The notes under the pieces were generated by a model. The model searched no databases and had not been told where the DNA came from. It was given only the letters and a program-made list of their open reading frames with translations. Of a DNA stretch of 64,000 nt, positions 56,439-64,000 are shown piece after piece. Origin of the DNA: a virus; IMG/VR virus record IMGVR_UViG_3300021091_000027, positions 32,001 through 96,000 of that record. One strand, written 5' to 3'. The position numbers were made by a program, and so were the translations under genes. Each line of letters begins with the position of its first letter. The stretch's first letter is position 1.

Positions 56439-58947
56439 ATTGAGTAATAAAACAATGAATACGCCGGCAGCAGCAACAGCAGTAGTTGGATATTCGTACG
56501 AAGAGGCCGTAGCGGCATCTGCCGAGTATTTCAATGGCGACGATCTTGCCGCAAGAGTATTTGTGGATAAATACGCATTGAGAGATACCGAGCAAAACTT
56601 GTTAGAGAAAACCCCAGAGGATATGCATAGGCGAATTTCCAAAGAGTTTGCCAGAATAGAGGCTGCCAAGTTTAAAGATCCATATACGGAAGAGGAGATC
56701 TTTCAAGCTTTGCACAAGTTTAATAGAATTGTGCCACAAGGCAGTCCGATGTACGGAATAGGCAATCCTTATCAGATCATTAGCCTAAGTAATTGCTATG
56801 TAATTCAAAGTCCACAAGATTGCTATGCAGGAATATGCAGAGCGGACGAGGAGCTGGTTCAGATCAGTAAGAGACGGGGCGGATGCGGCATAGACATATC
56901 CACCCTTAGACCTGAAGGCACTTTGACCAAAAATGCTGCCAGAACCAGTACTGGTAGCCTCACATTTGCTGAAAGATTCTCAAACTCCATACGAGAGGTT
57001 GGGCAGAATGGAAGACGTGGAGCCCTGATGCTCACCCAGTCGATCCACCACCCCGATGTGGAAAAATTTATTTCCTGCAAGAAAGATCTTACTAAAATTA
57101 CAGGAGCTAATATTTCTGTCAGACTGAGCGATGAGTTTATGTTTGCCGTAGAAAGTGAAAAGCAATATGAGCAAAGATGGCCTGAAGAGAATGCCAAACA
57201 GTCAAAGATGGTTGATGCTAAAAAGATATGGAATGCGCTGATTGAAGCCGCCCATGCAACTGCCGAACCAGGCATGTTGATATGGGATAACATCCTCAAA
57301 GAGTCTATTCCTGACTGCTATGCCAACGAGGGGTTTAAGACCGTATGCACTAATCCGTGCTCTGAAATACCTTTATCCGCATACGATTCCTGTCGGTTAA
57401 TGCTGCTGAATGCATACTCATATGTATCTGAACCTTTTACAAAGAAGGCCAAATTCGATTTCGACAGATTCCGCAAAGATGCTTATATGCTTCAAAGACT
57501 TATGGACGATATGGTCGATTTGGAACTAGAGTGCATAGACCGCATTCAAGCCAAGATTGCTGCAGATCCGGAGGATGCTGCATTAAAGTCGCACGAAGCA
57601 CAGCTATGGGAAAAGATTCGCACAGCGGCAGTTAATGGCCGTCGTACTGGATCAGGCATGACCGCAATTGGAGATACGCTTGCAGCACTTGGAATTTCCT
57701 ACGGTTCGAAGAGGGGAATCTCCATGATTAACTTCATATACAAGGAGTTCAAGCTGGCCTGCTATTCCTCATCAGTAGACATGGCCAAAGAAATAGGAGC
57801 TTTTCCGATATTTAATGCGGAACAAGAGGCCAACAATCCATTCCTTATTAGAATAAAGGATGAGGATTCTGCGCTATATGAAAATATGCAAAAGTATGGC
57901 AGACGCAACATAGCCCTGCTTACGACTGCACCCTGTGGCTCAGTGTCTATTCTCACGCAAACTAGCTCCGGCATTGAACCCCAGTTCATGATCCAACCTT
58001 ACACCCGACGCAAGAAGGGAAATCCTGGAGACAAGAACTTCCGATCTGACTTCGTAGATCAAAGCGGCGATCACTGGATGGAATTTACTGTGTATCCGCC
58101 TAAGGTGTCAGAATGGATGAGGGTTACCGGAGAAACTGATCTTTCAAAGAGCCCATGGGCTGGAGCTACAGCTCAAGAAATTGATTGGGAAAGTAGAGTA
58201 AGCATTCAAGCAGCAGCACAAAAGCACATAGATCATGCTATTAGTAGCACTATTAATCTACCTTCAGATACATCTGTCGAAACGGTCAATAAAATATACT
58301 TAAAAGCCTGGAAATCAGGCTGCAAGGGTATGACGATCTATCGAGATAAATGTCGAACGGGAGTCTTGGTGTCCAAGGAAGATCCTAAGCCAAAAAAGAA
58401 AGATGATTACAAGCGGCCAAACATGCTGCCTTGTGAAATCTATCACTATACAGTAGGCTCTGTTCCTTATTTTGTACTAATCAGCCTTAATGATGCCAAG
58501 CCTTATGAGGTATTTGCTGGAATCAATAAGAACGACGATGCAGAGCCCATCATTCCAAAAAGATTCAAAGCCGGCACATTGACTAAGATGGGCCGAGGTC
58601 ATTACAAAGGTCAGTTTGTAGACGACCAAAACGAGGGCGAGTTACTTCAAATCAATAAGCTCGGTAATCTGGTGTCTAGCGAAGAGGGGGCGATTACCCG
58701 CCTTTTATCTACGCTACTGAGGCACGGCGTCGAAGTTCACCACCTAGTGCATCAGCTTGAAAAAGTGAAAGGCGACATGTTCTCTTTTTCTAAAATTGTT
58801 GCTCGTGCGCTAAAGAAGTACATTCCAGATGGCACAGAAGTTACTGGAGAGGTTTGTGAAAGTTGTAGCACTAAAGATAAGTGTATTTTAGTTAGGCAGG
58901 AAGGGTGCGTTACCTGTAAGTCCTGCGGTTATAGCAAATGTGGATAA
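56419..58947 (+). CDS. nrdJ: Class II (B12-dependent) ribonucleotide reductase (likely start 56455)
   Basis: LSNCYV, RRGALM, TNPCSE, TTAPCGS, AISSTINLP, KGMTIYRD; C-terminal CESC..CVTCKSCGYSKC; no NrdB in window. Confidence 0.9.
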   Translation: MEQELFKLSNKTMNTPAAATAVVGYSYEEAVAASAEYFNGDDLAARVFVDKYALRDTEQNLLEKTPEDMHRRISKEFARIEAAKFKDPYTEEEIFQALHKFNRIVPQGSPMYGIGNPYQIISLSNCYVIQSPQDCYAGICRADEELVQISKRRGGCGIDISTLRPEGTLTKNAARTSTGSLTFAERFSNSIREVGQNGRRGALMLTQSIHHPDVEKFISCKKDLTKITGANISVRLSDEFMFAVESEKQYEQRWPEENAKQSKMVDAKKIWNALIEAAHATAEPGMLIWDNILKESIPDCYANEGFKTVCTNPCSEIPLSAYDSCRLMLLNAYSYVSEPFTKKAKFDFDRFRKDAYMLQRLMDDMVDLELECIDRIQAKIAADPEDAALKSHEAQLWEKIRTAAVNGRRTGSGMTAIGDTLAALGISYGSKRGISMINFIYKEFKLACYSSSVDMAKEIGAFPIFNAEQEANNPFLIRIKDEDSALYENMQKYGRRNIALLTTAPCGSVSILTQTSSGIEPQFMIQPYTRRKKGNPGDKNFRSDFVDQSGDHWMEFTVYPPKVSEWMRVTGETDLSKSPWAGATAQEIDWESRVSIQAAAQKHIDHAISSTINLPSDTSVETVNKIYLKAWKSGCKGMTIYRDKCRTGVLVSKEDPKPKKKDDYKRPNMLPCEIYHYTVGSVPYFVLISLNDAKPYEVFAGINKNDDAEPIIPKRFKAGTLTKMGRGHYKGQFVDDQNEGELLQINKLGNLVSSEEGAITRLLSTLLRHGVEVHHLVHQLEKVKGDMFSFSKIVARALKKYIPDGTEVTGEVCESCSTKDKCILVRQEGCVTCKSCGYSKCG

Positions 58948-58956
58948 GGAGTAAAA

Positions 58957-59358
58957 ATGAATAATAATAATTTTGAAGCGGTTGTAACTGGAAACCTGGC
59001 CGAAACCCCCATTAATCCGAAAAGGGGTCTAATGAGTCCTACTGAAGTTATGGCGTTTGAAAAGCCTGAAACTTTAGAGGAAGCGGAGAAAATATTAAAA
59101 TTAGATAACCTGTGGGAAACAATATCGGATGAACATTGGACTGAGCCAAAATTAGGAGAAAGTATTTCAAATACTTTTAGACGAACTACTAAAAAGCTGC
59201 CTGTTGAAGGCGGATACTTGTACTCAGTGGCAACGTATGTAATGACCTACATTCGTGGAGTTGCAGATAATAGCGTATCTGAATCCATAACGTTTGTCCC
59301 ATTTAGCGACATTAAACTGACTAATTTTACCCCAAAAACTAAAACTACCAAGAAGTAA
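58957..59358 (+). CDS. Hypothetical protein
   Basis: AAGGAG SD; 133 aa. Confidence 0.65.
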   Translation: MNNNNFEAVVTGNLAETPINPKRGLMSPTEVMAFEKPETLEEAEKILKLDNLWETISDEHWTEPKLGESISNTFRRTTKKLPVEGGYLYSVATYVMTYIRGVADNSVSESITFVPFSDIKLTNFTPKTKTTKK

Positions 59359-59407
59359 TTTGCATAAAATCTTGCAATAAGATAAATAGTGGTGTAAGGA
59401 GCCAAAT

Positions 59408-59833
59408 ATGCCTTACACCACTATTTATTTGCAGTATGCTGAAAGTAGAAATGAAGAATCCGATCTTTCTGAGATAGACGAACCAGAATCCGAAGACGAA
59501 GATTATGAAAATTTAGACGACAGAGTGTTTGTAGAATTTACTCCTTTAAAAATATGCGCAAAAGAACCAAAAGAAGATTTCATAGAATTAGAGTTGGATT
59601 TTGATGCAAAAATAGGGGATATACTACATTTAGTCATTGTTAGATATAACAACTACAGGGCAGGACTGTTGGAAGAATGGTGCTTAGAAAAGGTTCTGGA
59701 GAGTGGTGACGAGGCGGAAGAATTCGTAGAAGCCTTGGAAGATGGATTTAGCATCTCTGAGTGCGCAGAAGGCAGAGGACATGAATCTCTAATAGTCAAA
59801 GCTGAAGTATTCAGTATGCAGTTGCATAAATAG
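59408..59833 (+). CDS. Acidic hypothetical protein
   Basis: AAGGAG SD; strongly Glu/Asp-rich. Confidence 0.65.
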   Translation: MPYTTIYLQYAESRNEESDLSEIDEPESEDEDYENLDDRVFVEFTPLKICAKEPKEDFIELELDFDAKIGDILHLVIVRYNNYRAGLLEEWCLEKVLESGDEAEEFVEALEDGFSISECAEGRGHESLIVKAEVFSMQLHK

Positions 59834-59943
59834 AAACAATGCACAACCCTAAACTACAACTACTAAAAGCCATAGGTATCGTATTGTTTTGGGCAGCACT
59901 AGTGCTGTCTTTTAATGGTTGGATTTAATTAAAACTTATTCTA

Positions 59944-61017
59944 ATGGCAATTATCTATAAAATTACCAATACAGTCAACGGCAAAATCTACATTGGCTAC
60001 ACCAACCAAACGCTTAAAAGTAGATGGGCAGAACATTGCAAAGCCAGTAGAAACTTAGCTAACAGAAGGGGCAACTCAAGATTTATGCGCGCTATTAGAA
60101 AATATGGCGTCGCCGCTTTTGTCAGAGAAATTCTTATTGAAGACGAAGACGCAGAAAAATGTTTAAATTACTGGGAACCTTTTTTTATTGCTAAATTCAA
60201 CTCAACAGATCGAGCCATAGGCTACAATAGCACTAGTGGGGGCGGGGTAATGTTCACTTATACCCCTGAAGTCCTAGCTAAAATAAGTGCTGCAGCAAAA
60301 GCTAGATGGGCAGATCCTGAATACGCAGCTAAAACGAGTGCTGCAGTAAAAGCTAGATGTGCAGATCCTGAGGTTAAAGCTAGACGGAGTGCTGCAGCAA
60401 AAGCTAGATGGGCAGATCCTGAGGTCAAAGCTAAAATGGGTGCTGCAGTAAAAGCTAGATGGGCAGATCCTGAATACGTAGCTAGACAAAGTGCTGTATC
60501 AAAAGCTAACTGGGCAGATCCTGAATACGTAGCTAAAATGAGTGCTGTATCAAAAGCTAACTGGGCAGATCCTGAGGTCAAAGCTAAAATGAGTGCTGCA
60601 ATAAAAGCTAAATGGGCAGATCCTGAATACGCAGCTAAAATAAGTGCTGCAGTAAAAGCTAACTGGGCAGATCCTGAGGTCAAAGCTAAAAAAAGTGCTG
60701 CATCAAAAGCTAACTGGGCAGATCCTGAGGTCAAAGCTAAAATGAGTGCTGCAGTAAAAGCTAGATGGGCAGATCCTGAATACGTAGCTAAAATGAGTGC
60801 TGTATCAAAAGCTAACTGGGCAGATCCTGAGGTCAAAGCTAAAATGAGTGCTGGAATAAAAGCTAAATGGGCAGATCCTGAGGTTAAAGCTAGACGGAGT
60901 GCTGCATCAAAAGCTAACTGGGCAGATCCTGAGGTCAAAGCTAAAATGAGTGCTGGAATAAAAGAAGCATGGCGTAAACGAAAGGAACAAAACAATGTCA
61001 ATAGTGCCACGACTTGA
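59944..61017 (+). CDS. GIY-YIG homing endonuclease with 17-aa tandem-repeat C-terminus
   Basis: IIYKITNTVNGKIYIGYT..RWAEH..E..GYN..GG followed by (W/C)ADPE repeats. Confidence 0.88.
   Translation: MAIIYKITNTVNGKIYIGYTNQTLKSRWAEHCKASRNLANRRGNSRFMRAIRKYGVAAFVREILIEDEDAEKCLNYWEPFFIAKFNSTDRAIGYNSTSGGGVMFTYTPEVLAKISAAAKARWADPEYAAKTSAAVKARCADPEVKARRSAAAKARWADPEVKAKMGAAVKARWADPEYVARQSAVSKANWADPEYVAKMSAVSKANWADPEVKAKMSAAIKAKWADPEYAAKISAAVKANWADPEVKAKKSAASKANWADPEVKAKMSAAVKARWADPEYVAKMSAVSKANWADPEVKAKMSAGIKAKWADPEVKARRSAASKANWADPEVKAKMSAGIKEAWRKRKEQNNVNSATT
60265..60972 (+). repeat. 51-bp (17-codon) coding tandem repeat, about 14 units
   Basis: GCAGATCCTGA recurs every 51 bp (60310, 60361...); 13 ADPE cores. 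Confidence 0.95.
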
Positions 61018-61321
61018 AGAAAAGGAAATGCTCGATACGTTTCAACCGCTCCACGATTTTGTCGTGATTCGCAAGTGGAAGGCCCCCGAGACAACAGCGG
61101 CAGGAATCATCGTGCCAGACGACCGCAAGGACTATCAGTCTAAGCGAGGCACCGTGATCAAGATAGGCAGTTGTGAGAATTTAAAGGTTCGTAAGCTGCC
61201 AGTACCCAACGTCAAGGTAGGAGACGAAGTTCTATTTACAGCATTCTCAGGTTCTGAAGTTCCTATGCCTGATGGGTATCTGATCATGAGGGTTACAGAG
61301 TTGTTAGGAGTGCTAGAATAA
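60995..61321 (+). CDS. groES: Co-chaperonin GroES (start may be 61028)
   Basis: FQPLHDFVVI..TTAAGIIVPD..GTVIKIG..VKVGDEVLF..YLIMRVTELLGV. Confidence 0.9.
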   Translation: MSIVPRLEEKEMLDTFQPLHDFVVIRKWKAPETTAAGIIVPDDRKDYQSKRGTVIKIGSCENLKVRKLPVPNVKVGDEVLFTAFSGSEVPMPDGYLIMRVTELLGVLE

Positions 61322-61323
61322 TA

Positions 61324-62244
61324 ATGCTGTATGATAAATTTTTGCTGCCTGTAAGCCCCTCTTGCAAATTACAGTCGGCACAACGTACGCTCAAACTGCC
61401 TAAAAAGCCCCTGTACAATCAACCCGAAAAAGCCATGGAAGTCTTTAAGCTAATGAGACTAAAGTTTGACAGACTTAATTTAGTGGGCCGCCCGCTATCA
61501 ACCAAAAATCTTCTTGAGATAGCCAGAGCGGCAGCCAAAGTAACAGGCTGTGAAACAGAAATAGCTAGAAATCTCTTACAGCCATTTAACTCTTGCTATA
61601 TAAACAAAAGAACGCAAGATATTATATGCTGGCAGGTGGCCGGAAACAGAAAAAGAATGAATAACCTACAGCCTCACGTCTACAATTCTGCTACATTTAA
61701 TTTAGGCTGGATGTCTGGGGTTATAGCGGAATATGTAAGCGAAGACGCTTCTAAGATCGGGGCATACAGAGTAAGGATAATGGACGGTCCTGCTGCAGGA
61801 TTAGATATGTTCATGTCTGTCCCGAAGAGAATAAAACTTATGTCTGATGTGCTGGGGGCTACCTATAAAATAGACAAAGACAAAATGCAATTGTCAGATT
61901 ACAGACAGGCAGTTCAGATGCAGGTTGCAGTCTATCCGGAACAGTTGGACATCGTGCAGTTTACGTCAGGAGCCGGACATATAAACCTTAAGCATCTTAC
62001 AAAGGTAAATTCGATTGCAGCTTTAAAGACAACTGCAAAACAAAGAAAAAATAATCTAGAACTTGTAAAAACAAGAAATAAATTATGTCAATATGGCTTT
62101 AGACATCCTTGCCATATTTGTAAAATAGGCTATGATGAGTGTTCAAGAGGATGTTTGCCTCGATCCATAAAAGATGTTAAGGAAAATATAATCCTATTAA
62201 TCAAAGGAAAAAACATATGTCAGAAAACTTTAGAAGAGGCTTAG
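61324..62244 (+). CDS. Hypothetical protein with C-terminal Cys cluster
   Basis: 306 aa; CQYGFRHPCHICKIGYDECSRGC. Confidence 0.6.
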   Translation: MLYDKFLLPVSPSCKLQSAQRTLKLPKKPLYNQPEKAMEVFKLMRLKFDRLNLVGRPLSTKNLLEIARAAAKVTGCETEIARNLLQPFNSCYINKRTQDIICWQVAGNRKRMNNLQPHVYNSATFNLGWMSGVIAEYVSEDASKIGAYRVRIMDGPAAGLDMFMSVPKRIKLMSDVLGATYKIDKDKMQLSDYRQAVQMQVAVYPEQLDIVQFTSGAGHINLKHLTKVNSIAALKTTAKQRKNNLELVKTRNKLCQYGFRHPCHICKIGYDECSRGCLPRSIKDVKENIILLIKGKNICQKTLEEA

Positions 62245-62720
62245 ATATACCGGTAAACTTCCCCCTGCCGTTCAATCCACGGCATATGCTGTCTATAAAT
62301 CCGCACGGATCTACGACAGCAAATGAAACATACGTCCCTCAACATGACATCCTGAATTGTGTTCCAGGGGCATTTGTAGGAATGTGCAAGTTAATCCAAT
62401 CCGTGGACACCGAGGTATCTACTGGCACATTGAATATCTCGGAAGAGGAAATGCAAAAGGCTGTTTTGGCTCTTAGATATATCCTATCAAAAGACGGTTT
62501 GGCCCATGGCACTGTGGAAGAAGCATATGTAGCCTCCGGATTTGTCAACCTATCATGGCAAGCAAGAACATGGGTTCTCAAAAATCTTGGAGACATAATG
62601 ATTAGAATGTGGCATCAAGCAGCTATAGCCCGGGTAAACAACATTAAAGACTTCAGAGATTTCCCTATCAATACGGCTGCTGAATCTTTGTTAAAATCTC
62701 TTGGAAAAGGATTAGACTAA
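62217..62720 (+). CDS. Hypothetical protein
   Basis: 167 aa; AAGGA upstream. Confidence 0.6.
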   Translation: MSENFRRGLDIPVNFPLPFNPRHMLSINPHGSTTANETYVPQHDILNCVPGAFVGMCKLIQSVDTEVSTGTLNISEEEMQKAVLALRYILSKDGLAHGTVEEAYVASGFVNLSWQARTWVLKNLGDIMIRMWHQAAIARVNNIKDFRDFPINTAAESLLKSLGKGLD

Positions 62721-63136
62721 TGCCAAAGGAAAATTTATTAAAAAAAATTGCCATTAATGAAAAGTCTGAAATTGGGTTCATAATGGAAATTCAAGAACTT
62801 GCTGGCACAAAGATATATATGGGGATACCTTTGACCGGGACTGGAAACTGGGTGTCTATAAACCCCAATGTATTTGACGCTCCTGTCAATGCATTGGCAC
62901 TTATGGAAATAGCCATGCATGTGAGCCCGCCTAAAAAACTTTTAGAAAAGAAAAATTTTTCAATAGAAAAAACGGATGCTCCGATTGCAAAATGGGACGC
63001 CTTGTTTACAATGGAGCCTGGATCAGACCTTAATAATATTATAAACTCATTGTTCAAACTGGACCCAGATAAACATATAAATCACGACATCGGCGATTTT
63101 CACGTAGATAACGAAGACGAAGAAGAAACTAATTGA
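62720..63136 (+). CDS. Hypothetical protein
   Basis: 138 aa, TAATG-coupled. Confidence 0.55.
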   Translation: MPKENLLKKIAINEKSEIGFIMEIQELAGTKIYMGIPLTGTGNWVSINPNVFDAPVNALALMEIAMHVSPPKKLLEKKNFSIEKTDAPIAKWDALFTMEPGSDLNNIINSLFKLDPDKHINHDIGDFHVDNEDEEETN

Positions 63137-63756
63137 TCTTATCTGCGTCAAACTCAATAATAGTTTGCCTTGATCTAGCTCTTGCCAATACTGGCATAGC
63201 AGTTCTTGCCATTAATCCCACTGAGGATGAGCTTCTTTATGTGGACACTGTCCATACAGAGAAGACAGATAAAGCAAAACTGAAAAAGGCTAAGATGCGA
63301 GTATCAGACGATGAGTGGCGCAGAACTACAGAATTGGCACAATCTTTAGAGAAACTTCTCATGGAGTACTCTCCATGTCATATATTTATAGAGTGCCCTA
63401 CAGGCGGATCAAAGAGTGCTCAAGCAGCCAAAAGCATGGCGATTGCCAGAGGTGCTGCTTGTGCTATTATAGGTGGATTTAAAATCCCTACTACTCTCGT
63501 GACTCCGTTTGAGGCTAAACGTGCAGCCACTGGCAGCACATCGGCCTCTAAAGATCAAGTTAAAAATTCAGTTGTTAATCAATTTCCTAAATTTAATGGC
63601 TGGATAAAAGGAAAACGTGGACAAATACTTGAAGGAAAAAATGAACATGTCTATGATGCGCTGTCCGTTTACATGGCCGCAAAGCAAACAACTATATACA
63701 AGGAGCTAAAAAATGACACAATCAACAGCAACAACAAAAGTATCTCTACTCAATGA
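63133..63756 (+). CDS. ruvC: RuvC-like Holliday junction resolvase
   Basis: VCLDLALANTG, IFIE, TPFEAKRAATG..ASKDQV, EHVYDALSV. Confidence 0.85.
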   Translation: MILSASNSIIVCLDLALANTGIAVLAINPTEDELLYVDTVHTEKTDKAKLKKAKMRVSDDEWRRTTELAQSLEKLLMEYSPCHIFIECPTGGSKSAQAAKSMAIARGAACAIIGGFKIPTTLVTPFEAKRAATGSTSASKDQVKNSVVNQFPKFNGWIKGKRGQILEGKNEHVYDALSVYMAAKQTTIYKELKNDTINSNNKSISTQ

Positions 63757-64000
63757 AAGCACTTCGTTTACCAGAATTCCTAATCCAAATGGAGAAGGCG
63801 AAATGTTGGAGGTCAAAGTAACCACCAAAGTTCGTACTCCTCTTGGAGTCACGCACGACACCACTCAATCCTTTTTTCTAAACGGGGAAGAGGCTAACGA
63901 CACTCTTGCCTCTTTAAGAGTAATCCACAACAACTTGCAGCTTGCCCTCATGAAAATGCAGCAACAACAAGAAGTTAAAGAAACCGATAAAAGTGAACCT
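63713..64000 (+). CDS. Hypothetical protein, 3'-truncated (absent from ORF track)
   Basis: AAGGAG SD, ATG 63713, open to window end (MTQSTATTKVSLLNE...). Confidence 0.55.
   Translation, partial: MTQSTATTKVSLLNESTSFTRIPNPNGEGEMLEVKVTTKVRTPLGVTHDTTQSFFLNGEEANDTLASLRVIHNNLQLALMKMQQQQEVKETDKSEP

Noticed and set aside
30942-58947. Inteins or introns in terL, dnaB, polA, recA, nrdJ
   Set aside because: Ordinary lengths, contiguous motifs, no splice-junction or LAGLIDADG inserts seen
60265-60972. 51-bp repeats as a CRISPR array
   Set aside because: No unique spacers, period is exactly 17 codons in frame within a GIY-YIG ORF, and no cas genes
60258-61094. 278-aa antisense ORF
   Set aside because: By-product of a repeat unit with no stop on the reverse strand; no independent signals
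1-64000. Eukaryotic giant virus or cellular chromosome
   Set aside because: Sigma-70, gp25/baseplate J, PolA, SD motifs and operon coupling, with no housekeeping gene context

Overview
Gene-dense, AT-rich 64 kb fragment of a large (probably jumbo) contractile-tailed dsDNA bacteriophage, read in the standard code 11. 1-24.1 kb (+) is a tail/baseplate operon: putative tape-measure C-terminus, hub-like, gp25-like and baseplate J-like genes with a sigma-70-family gene embedded among them. It continues with five paralogous Cys-containing fibre/baseplate proteins (one with an apparently intact trypsin-like protease domain), a protein with ~50 Cys, a DxD transferase-like gene and a HExxH protein. 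24.2-28.1 kb (-) holds five probable head/internal proteins rich in K-x-A motifs, two sharing an identical N-terminal leader. 28-33 kb has an 890-aa Zn-finger protein, an AT-rich hairpin-rich intergenic region and the large terminase (-). 33-64 kb (+) has small membrane proteins, SbcD, SbcC, SF2 helicase, DnaB, primase, ClpS, UDG-PolA fusion, RecA, DUF1599-like and ThiF-like genes, an orphan fibre gene, class II RNR, a GIY-YIG endonuclease with a 17-aa tandem array, GroES and RuvC. I recognised no tRNA, rRNA, CRISPR, integrase or intein. All calls come from motif recognition by eye, not database searches.
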